Origin: a virus
Lineage: Duplodnaviria > Caudoviricetes
DNA length: 37,917 nt
Reading direction: 5' to 3' (one strand)
Virus record (IMG/VR): IMGVR_UViG_3300049982_000039
Span: 1-37,917 of that record
How positions within the stretch are numbered: the stretch's first letter is position 1; the number at the start of each line of letters is the position of its first letter. Under the pieces are notes generated by a model that saw only the letters and a list, made by a program, of their open reading frames with translations, was not told where the DNA came from and made no database searches. Of this stretch, positions 25,969 through 36,135 are shown one piece after another. Made by a program: the position numbers and the translations under genes.

Positions 25969-26478
25969 ATGGCAAAGACAGCATCTTCTACGGTCAAGCT
26001 GAGCGTGGTTGGCGAGCTCGCCGATGCGCTGGATTTGGGGATGGCGACATTCGCCCCGAACTACAGCGCAACGTTCGGACTCACCAACGGCACCGGCGCG
26101 AACCAGATCAATCAACTTTTCGCCGATACGCGCACGCTGGCGGCGAGCGCGACCGAAAACATCGACCTGGCCGGCGGCCTGACCGATCCATTCGGAACGG
26201 CGATTACTTTCACCAAGATCAAAGCACTGATCATCCGGGCGAAATCGACAAACACGAATGATGTCGTCGTGGGCGGCCATGCAACAGCTGCTTGTGCGTC
26301 GTTCTTCGGCGATGCGACCGACAAGGTGAAAGTCAAACCGGGCGGCGTGGTTGCTTTCGTTGCCCCGGATGCCAACGGTTACGCCGTCACGGCAACGACT
26401 GCTGACTTGCTGACGATTGCCAACAGCGCGGCCGGAACTGGCGTGACTTACGACATCTTCCTCCTCGGTACCGTTTAA
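25969..26478 (+). CDS. Extra beta-rich structural protein between tail tube and chaperone
   Basis: AAGGA RBS; Ala/Thr/Gly-rich. Confidence 0.65.
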   Translation: MAKTASSTVKLSVVGELADALDLGMATFAPNYSATFGLTNGTGANQINQLFADTRTLAASATENIDLAGGLTDPFGTAITFTKIKALIIRAKSTNTNDVVVGGHATAACASFFGDATDKVKVKPGGVVAFVAPDANGYAVTATTADLLTIANSAAGTGVTYDIFLLGTV

Positions 26479-26580
26479 TCATCTGGCCTTCGGGCCATTC
26501 ACCAGCACCGACCGGGCTGCTGTCTCCTTCGCGGGAGCGGCGGCTCGGCACGGGCAATATCAACCCGCGAAAGGTAAAAC

Positions 26581-27006
26581 ATGGACATCCGCAAATTTGC
26601 AGTAGAGGAAACCTCGACTCTCCATCTGCGAAACGCCTCCGATGAACTGATGTACGTCGAAGGTTCGGACGGCAAGCCCGACCTGGCCAAGCCGATGAAA
26701 GTCATCCTGTACGGCCCCGGCTCGAAGCCCTACGCCAAAGCGCAGGCTCGCAATTCGAACCGCATGATCGACCGGCTGAAGAAGAAGGGCAAAACCGAGC
26801 AGACTGCGGACGAAAAAACGCAAGAAACTGCGGAATTTCTGTCGGACTGCACCAAGGGCTTCGAGAACATCGAATACGACGGACTGCAGGGCCCCGATTT
26901 GTTCATGGCGGTCTATACCGATCGAAGTATCGGATTCGTTCCTGAACAAGTGAACAAGCACCTCGGTGAGTGGGGAAATTTTACGAAGGGCTCTACGAAG
27001 CCCTAA
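26581..27006 (+). CDS. Tail assembly chaperone, gpG-like
   Basis: Position; ends in ..WGNF slippery site. Confidence 0.8.
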   Translation: MDIRKFAVEETSTLHLRNASDELMYVEGSDGKPDLAKPMKVILYGPGSKPYAKAQARNSNRMIDRLKKKGKTEQTADEKTQETAEFLSDCTKGFENIEYDGLQGPDLFMAVYTDRSIGFVPEQVNKHLGEWGNFTKGSTKP

Positions 27007-27425
27007 GTACCTATGTTCGGTACTGCGCCTGGCTGAACGCAGTACCGAAAGATGGCAACCCCGCTCCGAAAACGATGGGCATGGTTGCAAAGCCGGAATC
27101 ACGAGCGGAGGCATGGAAGCGCAAAGGCATCGAGCCGCGCATGCCACCGATCGATGCGGAATACCTGATCGGCTATTTATGGGAAGCCGGGCCGACGATG
27201 CCCGGTGCGGCCGGCGCGGTCCCGCTCACGCAATCTGAGCTGCGTGCGTGGCAGGAGAACACGGGTGTTGATCTGCAGCCGTGGGAAGTGCGGATACTCA
27301 GGCGCCTGTCGTGCGATTTGGTCGCCGAGATGAGGCGCGCGGAAGATCCCGTAGCCACGCCACCGTACGGGGAATTGGTCAGAGCGCCGGACCTTGAAGA
27401 CAAGATAGATACCTTTTTAGATTAA
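26973..27425 (+). CDS. gpT-like extension reached by -1 frameshift
   Basis: Open -1 frame without its own start/RBS; ELRAWQENTGVDLQPWEVRILRRLS motif. Confidence 0.75.
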   Translation, partial: GKFYEGLYEALSTYVRYCAWLNAVPKDGNPAPKTMGMVAKPESRAEAWKRKGIEPRMPPIDAEYLIGYLWEAGPTMPGAAGAVPLTQSELRAWQENTGVDLQPWEVRILRRLSCDLVAEMRRAEDPVATPPYGELVRAPDLEDKIDTFLD

Positions 27426-27442
27426 ACAGAATCAGGAAAATC

Positions 27443-29812
27443 ATGATTGCAGGCTCCCTTGAAATCCAGTTGCTCGCGAATATGGCGCGTCTCCAGAAAG
27501 ATATGGACGATGCCAAGCGCACGGTGGGCGGCGCCATGGATTCAATAGAGCGAAGCATTGGCCTGGCCAAGTCCGCATTTGCAGGCCTGGCAGCCGGGAT
27601 GGCCGCTGGTCTTTCGGTTGCCGCGTTCGTCGGGGTTATCAAAAGCAGCATCGACGCTGCAGCGAAGCTGAATGATCTGAGCATCCAAACAGGTGCGACC
27701 GTCGAGGCATTATCAGCCCTGGTTGAGATCGGCAAGCTGAGTGATATAAGCGCGGGGCAAATCGGCGGCGCGATGAACAAGCTCGCCAAGAACATGGCGG
27801 GGGCAACGGAAGACGCAAAGGGAGCCGGGAAGGCGCTCGAAGCGATCGGCTTGCGATTCGACGATTTCAAGAAGCTTGACCCCACACAGCAAATGCAAGC
27901 TATCGCCAAGGCGATGGATCAGTTCGGGGACGGCTCTGGTAAAGCTGCGGTTGCGATGGCTTTATATGGCAAGGAAGGTGCGGCCCTGCTGCCGTTCCTG
28001 AAAGATCTCGCTGTTGCCGGGCATCTGCAGGCCACGACGACCACCGAGCAGGCTGCCATGGCCGACAATTTCAGCGACAACCTGATCAAGATCCGCGTCA
28101 GCGGCAGTGCGTGGGGGAAGGAACTCACGCATGGAATTCTTCCTGCCATGTCGGACCTCTCGGATGCGTGGCTAGATGCGATGAATGGCAGCGGCGGCCT
28201 GCGGGAGACGATCCGAAAATTGGCGACCGACGGCACGCTCGACAATTGGGCGCGCATGGCAGTTACTGCGTTGACCTACCTGATGGATGTGGGACAAGGC
28301 CTAATCAGCATCTTCCCGATGATCGGCAAGGCGATTGCCGGGCAGGTAGCGGCAACTACCATCGGCTTCGGTGCAATTTATGACGCATGGATCAAGTTTC
28401 AGAACTTTGATCTGGACGGAGCGTGGGCCGCACTCAAGGGCGGCATTGCCGGTGTGAAGTCGGTCGCCACGGATACGGCGACCGACATTGCCGGCATTTG
28501 GAACCAGGAGATGCTCGGCGAAAAAATCCGTAAAAACATGGAAGAGGCGCGCAAGGCCCGCGAGGAGGCGGGGAAGGATGCGAACAAGCCAAATCTTGAT
28601 TTCACCAATACCAACGGCAAGGACAAGGCTGCCGAAGCAGCGAAAAAAGAGCTGGACGAGCAAGCAAAATTGCTCGCGAAGCTATCCGGGGTGAACGCCG
28701 ATTACATGGAGCAGCTTACCCGGCTGCAGGTGATTCGCGATAAAGGCAGGCTCACGGAAGAGCAGTACATCGAGGCAGTAAAAGAATTGATCGCTGTGCA
28801 GCCGGGCGCAAAGAAAGCCATGGAGGAACAGGCGAAAGCAACCAAGCTGGTTGACGATGCCAACGCCGATGCGTCAAAAGCATATTCCAAATTCTACGAT
28901 GACTTGATTCAGGGGACAGACAAGCTGAAGGCCGATACGCAGGCGCAGCAAGACCATAACGACCGTCTGGGGCTGAGCAAGGAAGCCGTTGCCGCACTCG
29001 ATGCCGCAAAGCTTGAAGAGCAGGCAACGACTCTGGAAGGCATCGCGATCAAGCGGCTCGACAAGGATTTGGATGAAGGGGTCTATAACCTTTACAAATC
29101 ACAGGCGGAAGAACTGCGCAAGCTCGCCAAACTGAAACAGGAAGGTGCAGGAAAAGAATCGCTCATCGAAGAGCATAAGAAAGTTGCGGAAGAAGAAAAG
29201 AAGATCGTCGATAACCTCCGCGAAAACCTTCAACGCAATCTTGGCGACGAGTTGTTCAACATGATGGACGGTAACTTCGAAAATATCGGCGATTCGTTCA
29301 AGCGCATGCTGATGCGCATGCTTGCCGATGCCGCAGCGGCCGACCTCATGAATGCATTGACCGGCAATGGAGGCGGCGGGTCCGGCGTATTCGGATCGCT
29401 ACTTCAGGCAGGGCTGTCGCTATGGGCCGGCGGCGGCAAGCTAGAAGTCGACACGAACGGGATGGGCATCGGCGAGATTGGTTCCAATAACTTCTCGGCC
29501 ACAGGAGCAGATGTGCTTGCGCGCCGTGCGGCAGGCGGACCTGTCGGTGCGGGCGGTCTGTACGAAGTCAATGAGCTAGGCCCGGAATTACTTTCAGTCG
29601 GAAATCGAGACTACCTGATGATGGGGAGTCAAGGCGGAACCGTCACGCCGAACAGCGCGATAGGTGGGAGCCAGATCACCATCACCAGCGCGCCGGTGAT
29701 TCATATCGATAGCCGCTCGGATCAGGCGCAGGTTAAGCGGATGGTGTTGCAAGCGGTCCAGCAAGGCAATGCGGAACTTGTCGACAAGCTCCAGCGAGCA
29801 GGGAAGGTCTAA
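27443..29812 (+). CDS. Tape measure protein
   Basis: Long Ala-rich helical ORF; AGSLEIQL start; RAAGGPV...EVNELGPE C-terminal motif. Confidence 0.92.
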   Translation: MIAGSLEIQLLANMARLQKDMDDAKRTVGGAMDSIERSIGLAKSAFAGLAAGMAAGLSVAAFVGVIKSSIDAAAKLNDLSIQTGATVEALSALVEIGKLSDISAGQIGGAMNKLAKNMAGATEDAKGAGKALEAIGLRFDDFKKLDPTQQMQAIAKAMDQFGDGSGKAAVAMALYGKEGAALLPFLKDLAVAGHLQATTTTEQAAMADNFSDNLIKIRVSGSAWGKELTHGILPAMSDLSDAWLDAMNGSGGLRETIRKLATDGTLDNWARMAVTALTYLMDVGQGLISIFPMIGKAIAGQVAATTIGFGAIYDAWIKFQNFDLDGAWAALKGGIAGVKSVATDTATDIAGIWNQEMLGEKIRKNMEEARKAREEAGKDANKPNLDFTNTNGKDKAAEAAKKELDEQAKLLAKLSGVNADYMEQLTRLQVIRDKGRLTEEQYIEAVKELIAVQPGAKKAMEEQAKATKLVDDANADASKAYSKFYDDLIQGTDKLKADTQAQQDHNDRLGLSKEAVAALDAAKLEEQATTLEGIAIKRLDKDLDEGVYNLYKSQAEELRKLAKLKQEGAGKESLIEEHKKVAEEEKKIVDNLRENLQRNLGDELFNMMDGNFENIGDSFKRMLMRMLADAAAADLMNALTGNGGGGSGVFGSLLQAGLSLWAGGGKLEVDTNGMGIGEIGSNNFSATGADVLARRAAGGPVGAGGLYEVNELGPELLSVGNRDYLMMGSQGGTVTPNSAIGGSQITITSAPVIHIDSRSDQAQVKRMVLQAVQQGNAELVDKLQRAGKV

Positions 29813-29815
29813 GCC

Positions 29816-30427
29816 ATGAGTGTCATTACGTTGCCGGACTCCTTGATCGTCACCGGGAGTACGTGGAAGCAGGAGCGCAAAGAGATCGCATTCAGATCCG
29901 TTTTCGGCTCCCAGACTCAGGAAGTGTCCGCTCCGGTATGGGCCGCATCCTATGAATTCGATGAGGTACTGGAAGAAGAATCCGGCGCCCTCAAGGCCTT
30001 GTCGATGCAGCTCCAGGGGCAGCGTAATCAATTGGCTGCATGGGACGTCGCGCGTCCTGTGCCAAGGGGGACGCTGCGTGGCACGCTCACACTGAAGGTG
30101 GCGCACGCCCAAGGCGCCACCAGCCTGCAAATCCAGGCCGCCGCCGTGGCAGGGAAAACGCTGCTGGCCGGCGATTGGCTCGGGCTTGGAAGCGGCACGA
30201 CGCAACAGGTGGTGATGTGCACAGCGGACGGAGTGACCGACTCGGCCGGCGTGATCACTGTTCCCGTAATGAATCCGCTGCGAAACGCATTCGTGATCGG
30301 CGCAGGTGTCGTTTGGGATCGTCCGAAAGCCTTGTTCCGGCAGCGCAACGCCGAATCGGGATGGTCATACAGCAGCATATTTGCCAGTGGCTTCGGGCTT
30401 GACCTGGTGGAAGACTGGCGGCCATGA
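29816..30427 (+). CDS. Distal tail-like protein
   Basis: Directly after the tape measure gene. Confidence 0.65.
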   Translation: MSVITLPDSLIVTGSTWKQERKEIAFRSVFGSQTQEVSAPVWAASYEFDEVLEEESGALKALSMQLQGQRNQLAAWDVARPVPRGTLRGTLTLKVAHAQGATSLQIQAAAVAGKTLLAGDWLGLGSGTTQQVVMCTADGVTDSAGVITVPVMNPLRNAFVIGAGVVWDRPKALFRQRNAESGWSYSSIFASGFGLDLVEDWRP

Positions 30428-31002
30428 CGACGACAACCAGCCAGCAAGCCGCGCTTGAAAAAGCGAACGCCACGCTCGTCTATTTCGCCGAATTCCAGTT
30501 TTCCACCGCGCCGCTGTACCTGTCGACGTTCAACCAGCCTCTGAACTGGGGTGGCCATGACTGGATCGGGCTCGGCCATCTCGCCTCAATTGGGTCGGTG
30601 GAAGAATCGGACGGACTGGAGCCGAAGGCGCTGAACTTTACGCTGTCCGCCTCCGATCCTTCGCTACTGGCGTTGGCCGCCGGCCCGGTCGAACAGTATC
30701 GCGGCCGGGATGCAAAGCTGTACATGTGCCCGCTCAATGACCAATACCAGCAGATCGACACGCCGATCCTGTGCTGGCGCGGGATCATGGACATGATGAG
30801 CATCGGCATTGACCAGGACGGGGCAGGGCAGATCATCCTCAAATGCGAGACGTCGAGCTATGGACTCAAGCGCCAGCCATCGTTGCGCATGAACCATCAG
30901 CAGCAGAAGAGCCGGCACGAAGGCGACAGGGGCTTCGAGTATTTGGAGAAACTGATCGCCGAGCCGGCCGTATGGCTCAGTAAAAAATTCCAGGAACGGT
31001 AG
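30424..31002 (+). CDS. Tail tip/hub-like minor tail protein
   Basis: WGGHDWIGLG, QQQKSRHEGDRGFEY; synteny. Confidence 0.7.
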   Translation: MTTTTSQQAALEKANATLVYFAEFQFSTAPLYLSTFNQPLNWGGHDWIGLGHLASIGSVEESDGLEPKALNFTLSASDPSLLALAAGPVEQYRGRDAKLYMCPLNDQYQQIDTPILCWRGIMDMMSIGIDQDGAGQIILKCETSSYGLKRQPSLRMNHQQQKSRHEGDRGFEYLEKLIAEPAVWLSKKFQER

Positions 31003-31362
31003 ATGACGCTCGCCGAGTACATCACAGCGAACCTCTCGCGGCGGTTCGCGTGGGGCGAATGGGATTGCGTTCTCGCTGCTGCCGGCTGGCTGAAGGAATC
31101 GACCGGACGCGACTACCTCAACGGTATTCCCAAGTGGGTCAACAAAAGGCAGGCGTTGCGAATCATCGCTGATCTTGGTGGTCTGGAAGCAGCGACGGAT
31201 ATGCGCATGAGTCGCGTTCTGCCGGCGCTTGCAAAGGACGGCGACATCGCACTTTACAACGACGTCATGTGTATTTTCAGTGGGCCGCACATCGTGGGGC
31301 CTGGCGCGACCGGACTTGTATTTTTTGATAGGACGAAAGCAGAATGCGCCTGGTCTTACTAA
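31003..31362 (+). CDS. NlpC/P60-like tail assembly protein
   Basis: FAWGEWDCVLAAAGW...TGRDY, GDIA. Confidence 0.7.
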   Translation: MTLAEYITANLSRRFAWGEWDCVLAAAGWLKESTGRDYLNGIPKWVNKRQALRIIADLGGLEAATDMRMSRVLPALAKDGDIALYNDVMCIFSGPHIVGPGATGLVFFDRTKAECAWSY

Positions 31363-34300
31363 CTCTTTTGCTGACGCCTCTCACGGCGCACGCGGCGGAA
31401 GCCGTCGCCTGGGTCGTCGCGAATTGGGTACTCGTCGCCCAAGTAGTGATTACCGTTGGCACGGCGGTCTATGGGTCAGCTCAGCAACGCAAGGCGGCGC
31501 GACAGGCGAAGAACGACTACAACGCATCGCTGCAGGATCGCACCGTCACCCGCATCGCCTCTGAGGCCCCGCACGTCTATGTCTATGGGCGCGCCAAAGT
31601 CGGGTCCGCGATCGTCGCCATGTTCACCAGCGGCGACAAGGATCAATACAAGCATCTGGTCTGCGTCCATGCCGCGCACGAATGCGACGGCATCGAAGCG
31701 ATCTATGTGGCGGGCAAGAAGCTTGAGAACCTCGATGCTAATGGCTTCCCGACTACCGGGCCGTTCGTCAAGACCCGCACCGAATGGATCAACGGCGAGG
31801 CGGTATCGGGGCAAACCTTCACCTTGAGCCAAGCGCCGCTCGATGGCGCTACCTGGCTGCATCTAGCCTTCGGCCTGGAAGTCAGCAATGATGACGGCGG
31901 CGATGTGTATCGCCCGCCAACGGTACCCGAAGCGGTGCCAGCGCGTATCGTGTCGGTGGTCGGCCAGGTGGTCACGCTCGATGCGGACTATGGACAGATT
32001 TTTGTGTCGTATCCATACGTCGTGAGCGAGTCGGTGGTGCGCGTAAAAACGCATCTGGGCGCGCCGAGCGATCCCGCCGATGCGCAGCTGATCGCCGAAC
32101 TGCCCGACAAATGGACATCGGCGCATGTGCTGCGCGGATTCTGTTATACGTATGTCCGCCTTGATGTGAATGAGGCTGAATTTCAGGGCGGTCCGCCATC
32201 GGTGGAAGTGGTCATGCGCGGCAAGAAGCTCTACGACTTCCGCGCCGGCATAACCGCTTGGAGCGACAACGTAGCGTTGGGGGCATACGATTACCTGACC
32301 AGCGAACTATGTGGAGTTGATCCTGACGATTTGCCCGAGGCGCAGTTCATCGCTGCGGCAAATGCCTGTGATGTCGTTGATCCTGCCAACCCGGCCGGAG
32401 GAAAGCGGTACACACTTAACGGCACGGTCACGTCAGACCAGCCGCAAACCGGCGTGCTGGAGAAGATGGCGCAGGCGATGGCAGGCGGGATCGTCTCGAC
32501 GACCTGGGACATCTGGGCGGGAACATATGTGGCGCCGGTCATGGCACTGGACCAATCCGACATCATCGGCCAAATCGCGGTCACGCCCGGCATCTCGGAC
32601 GCGGACCTTTATAACGGCGTGCGCGGCCAATTCATCAGCGCCGAAACCAGCTATGTTGCCACCGACTTCGAGCCCTACCAAAACGGCACGTATCTGGCGG
32701 CGGACGGCCGGGAACTGTGGACGAACATCGATTTCCCCTTTACCGATGGTACGCAGCGAGTCCACAACCTGGCCCGCATCTTCACCGAAGATCAGCGCAA
32801 CGGCTACACGGTCAAAGCTGAATACTCGCTGAAAGCATGGAAGCTGAAAGTAGGCCAGCGCATCACACTGACAAGTACCTTCTTCGGCTGGTCGGCGAAG
32901 GTCTTCCGCGTGATGGACAAGAAGTTCGCGCCGAACGCTGCGGTGGAATTGACGTTGAAGGAAGACACCGCCGAAATCTGGGACTACGCGGATGCAGTAA
33001 CAGTTGATGCGACGCCGAACACAAATCTGCCTGACCCGTTCGCGATTGAAAAAATTGGCTCGGTGACTTGCGAATCGGGCACGAATGCGCTGCTGCAGAT
33101 GGCGGATGGAACTATCTCATCCGGCATCATCGTGAGCTGGCCGGCTGCGAGATCACAGGCCGTGTCCATCAATGGAAAGATCGAGATCCGGTATTTGCGT
33201 ATCGGCGGCGCGATGTGGCAGTGGGTAGAGGCTTCAGGAAGTGACACGCAGGCGCGCATAGGGCCGGTGCAGGACGGGGCTCAATACATTGTTGCTGCGC
33301 GCTGCTGGAACCCGTATCTTAACGTCCGTTCGGACTGGACCTATGCGCAGGTTCATACCGTGATCGGGAAATCAGAGCCGCCGACCGCGCCGGCAGCTGT
33401 AGCGGCTACCCCGGACAAAGTGATCTTTACCGGCTCGCCTGATCTGGACATGGATGGATACCGCATCCGCTACAACACGGGCACGAATACGAATCCGAGT
33501 GTGGCGACCCTCTTACACAATGAGGAAACGCTTGTCCCTGGCTCCCCCTGGCCAATGCCGATCCGCCTGTATGGGGTGAACACGATCCTGGTCACTGCCG
33601 TTGACAGGTCCGGCAATGAATCGGTTGCCGCCTATGACACGCAGGACTTCGGCATCCCTGATGCGGCCAATATCGCGCATGTCACGGATTACGCTGCGAC
33701 AGGCTTCACGGGCTTCGTCACGAACGGCACCGTGACGGGAACCGACCTCGAAGCCGATGCCGATCCCGCAGCGGACTTCTACGGTTCCGGTTCCGGCGTG
33801 GACATCTATTACCGGGATGGGGCAGAGGACATCTACGGCGGCAGCCAGTACCTCGAAATGACCTACATCGCCACCTATGCCAGCCCGTACAACGGTGGAA
33901 CGATCCTGCTCGACCATTCCATCGTCGGAGCAAGAGCCACCATCGAATACCGGGTGGACGGCGGGGATGGCGACATTTATTCCGGCGACAACATCTATTC
34001 GGGCGAGTCGATCTACGGAGCGGAGCAGAACTGGCAGCCGTGGCCCGGCGCCATCTATCCGACCGTGGCCTGGCGCGGCTATCAGTTCCGCGTCACGACG
34101 GACGCCGGCAGCGCGCAGGGGATTATCGACGCCTTCGCGGTGCGCACCGAAATGCCGACCATTTCGCAGACCTTCGGCCGCGTGATGATCAACGCAGCAG
34201 GGACGATTCTGGCGCCTTCGGCCGGACTGCCCGCAGTGGACTGGATTGCGATCGAGGATGTCCAGATCACACCATTGGCTGACAGCGGCGGTGCGATCGC

Positions 34301-34409
34301 GGGGCGCGTGAAGAGTCTCGACCCCGCCATAGGAGTTGAAGCGGAACTGATCAATGAGCTTGCTGCGACTGTGACAGGGCCAGCATTCGTACGAATTTCT
34401 GGATATTAA
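31344..34409 (+). CDS. Central tail tip / host-specificity protein, J-like, with FN3-like domains
   Basis: YVYGRAKVG, RGKKLYD, YNGVRGQF, VTAVDRSGNES; 1021 aa. Confidence 0.85.
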   Translation: MRLVLLTLLLTPLTAHAAEAVAWVVANWVLVAQVVITVGTAVYGSAQQRKAARQAKNDYNASLQDRTVTRIASEAPHVYVYGRAKVGSAIVAMFTSGDKDQYKHLVCVHAAHECDGIEAIYVAGKKLENLDANGFPTTGPFVKTRTEWINGEAVSGQTFTLSQAPLDGATWLHLAFGLEVSNDDGGDVYRPPTVPEAVPARIVSVVGQVVTLDADYGQIFVSYPYVVSESVVRVKTHLGAPSDPADAQLIAELPDKWTSAHVLRGFCYTYVRLDVNEAEFQGGPPSVEVVMRGKKLYDFRAGITAWSDNVALGAYDYLTSELCGVDPDDLPEAQFIAAANACDVVDPANPAGGKRYTLNGTVTSDQPQTGVLEKMAQAMAGGIVSTTWDIWAGTYVAPVMALDQSDIIGQIAVTPGISDADLYNGVRGQFISAETSYVATDFEPYQNGTYLAADGRELWTNIDFPFTDGTQRVHNLARIFTEDQRNGYTVKAEYSLKAWKLKVGQRITLTSTFFGWSAKVFRVMDKKFAPNAAVELTLKEDTAEIWDYADAVTVDATPNTNLPDPFAIEKIGSVTCESGTNALLQMADGTISSGIIVSWPAARSQAVSINGKIEIRYLRIGGAMWQWVEASGSDTQARIGPVQDGAQYIVAARCWNPYLNVRSDWTYAQVHTVIGKSEPPTAPAAVAATPDKVIFTGSPDLDMDGYRIRYNTGTNTNPSVATLLHNEETLVPGSPWPMPIRLYGVNTILVTAVDRSGNESVAAYDTQDFGIPDAANIAHVTDYAATGFTGFVTNGTVTGTDLEADADPAADFYGSGSGVDIYYRDGAEDIYGGSQYLEMTYIATYASPYNGGTILLDHSIVGARATIEYRVDGGDGDIYSGDNIYSGESIYGAEQNWQPWPGAIYPTVAWRGYQFRVTTDAGSAQGIIDAFAVRTEMPTISQTFGRVMINAAGTILAPSAGLPAVDWIAIEDVQITPLADSGGAIAGRVKSLDPAIGVEAELINELAATVTGPAFVRISGY

Positions 34410-34420
34410 AGGAGAAATAC

Positions 34421-35299
34421 ATGGCATGGCCGACTAGATCATCTCTGTTCCCAGTTGGAGCATTATTGCCGGCGACATTCAAGACGTTGCTGGCTGCGTT
34501 TTACGACGAGGTTGTATTGCGGCTGGGAGCGGACGCAAGCATTGGCATCAATGCCGAGCGGGTTTCCGGCTTGTCAGGCAACGTCAACGCCACCACGCCG
34601 CTGACCAAGTTCGACTTGTCGGCAGGTAGCGTCACGCTCCGAAACGCGACGATCAATACTGTCGTTCGTCGCAACACAGGAACATTGACCTGCGACCTCG
34701 GGCTGGCAGGACCCGCCGCCAACGGCCGGGATCAGTCGGGCGCGTTCACGGCGAACTCGTGGATTCACCTGTATTTCATCTGGAACGGCACGACCCTCGC
34801 CACGCTGGCCAGCACGACCGCGCCGACTTCCTTCACGGGCTCGACGCTCCCAAGCGGTTATACGCACTGGTGCTATGCGACCTCGATCCGCTGGAATGGG
34901 TCGAGCAACATCGTGGCTGGCATGGTGCGCGGGAAAGCGTTCTTCTACCGTTCTCCGGTTTCCGTGCTGACGGCGGGCGCGGCGACGGCGCTGACCTCGG
35001 TCAGTTGTGCGACGGCGGTGCCGCCGAATGCGCTGCTGGGGAAGCTGCGGGTGGGGGTGGCTGGCGTGTGGGCGTCGGGCAATTACGCCTCGGTCAACAT
35101 CAGCGCGGAAAACACGGGCGGCACGATTGCATTTTCGAGCAGGATGGAAGGCGGAGGGATCGCCGCCGAAGGACTCAGCCCGATTGATTTTCCGTTGTCG
35201 GCAGCCTCCGCGATTTATTACAACCTGGTCGCGGCGCCGACCTCGGGCGGCGCGGAAATTAGCGCCTATGGCTACGTCGTTCCCAACGGAGACGTCTGA
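34421..35299 (+). CDS. Tail fibre / receptor-binding protein
   Basis: AAGGAG RBS; GPAANGRD, LPSGYTH motifs; follows the tip gene. Confidence 0.7.
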   Translation: MAWPTRSSLFPVGALLPATFKTLLAAFYDEVVLRLGADASIGINAERVSGLSGNVNATTPLTKFDLSAGSVTLRNATINTVVRRNTGTLTCDLGLAGPAANGRDQSGAFTANSWIHLYFIWNGTTLATLASTTAPTSFTGSTLPSGYTHWCYATSIRWNGSSNIVAGMVRGKAFFYRSPVSVLTAGAATALTSVSCATAVPPNALLGKLRVGVAGVWASGNYASVNISAENTGGTIAFSSRMEGGGIAAEGLSPIDFPLSAASAIYYNLVAAPTSGGAEISAYGYVVPNGDV

Positions 35300-35727
35300 T
35301 GAAATCCTTTCGCGATCCTGCAACCGGCGTCCTGAAGGCATGGGGGTATGTCGAGTCGAACGGCGATGACCTGGCAAGGGACGAGCCGGACAATTTCAAC
35401 CTGGAGCCGGGCAAGTGGAAGCTGATCAATGGCGCCTGGATCGCCATCGACACCTCGAAGCAGGAGGCGATCGCCGCCAACATCGCCGCGATCGAAGCCG
35501 AAATGCACCGGAAGGCGGCGCTCAGGCAGTACGACAACATCAAATCCGCCGCACTGCGCGCCGGCTATCCCGGCCCATTCCATGATGAGGGCGTGGCTTA
35601 TGCAACATGGATGGATGAATGCTATGCGCTGGCCATCGCTGTGCTGGAAGAGGTTGATGCCGGCACACGGCCGATGCCGACGCCGGAAGAATCGGTCGCC
35701 ATGATGCCCGAGCTGGTGCTGCCATGA
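35299..35727 (+). CDS. Tail fibre assembly/chaperone-like protein
   Basis: Coupled to the fibre gene; QYDNIKSA, WMDECY, MPELVLP. Confidence 0.6.
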   Translation: MKSFRDPATGVLKAWGYVESNGDDLARDEPDNFNLEPGKWKLINGAWIAIDTSKQEAIAANIAAIEAEMHRKAALRQYDNIKSAALRAGYPGPFHDEGVAYATWMDECYALAIAVLEEVDAGTRPMPTPEESVAMMPELVLP

Positions 35728-36083
35728 TGGACTTTCTATTATTCCCTTTCGTCTACGCCCTCAAGGGCATTGCGTCCATCTGGTGGTTATGGGTGTTCTA
35801 CCTTGCCGTCATGCGGCTTCAGCAGGTGCGTGATGCCGGCAAGATGACACCAATCGGCCGCGCAGTCGGGGCAACCGTGCTCTATCCCGGCTATGCCCTC
35901 GACATCTTTGTCAACATCGTTCCGATGACCGTCATTTTGCTGGAGCCACCAAGGTGGGGAGAATGGACTGTGACGGCCCGACTCAAGCGCCACATTAAGG
36001 GCGATGGCTGGCGACAGCGGTTCGCGCAATGGATGGGCGACCACTTCCTTGATGCTTACGACCCCTCTGGAAAACATCTGTAA
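35724..36083 (+). CDS. Membrane-associated hypothetical protein
   Basis: Hydrophobic segments; EWTVTARLKRH, LDAYDPSGKH. Confidence 0.7.
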   Translation: MMDFLLFPFVYALKGIASIWWLWVFYLAVMRLQQVRDAGKMTPIGRAVGATVLYPGYALDIFVNIVPMTVILLEPPRWGEWTVTARLKRHIKGDGWRQRFAQWMGDHFLDAYDPSGKHL

Positions 36084-36089
36084 CCCATC

Positions 36090-36109
36090 CCCGCTTCGGC
36101 GGGTTTTTT
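36090..36109 (+). terminator. Intrinsic terminator
   Basis: CCCGC-TTCG-GCGGG plus T6. Confidence 0.85.
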
Positions 36110-36135
36110 ATTATCTGCCCGCTTAAAGGAAGCAC

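Noticed and set aside
34421-35727. DGR or invertible tail fibre cassette
   Set aside because: No reverse transcriptase, template repeat, invertase or inverted crossover sites seen
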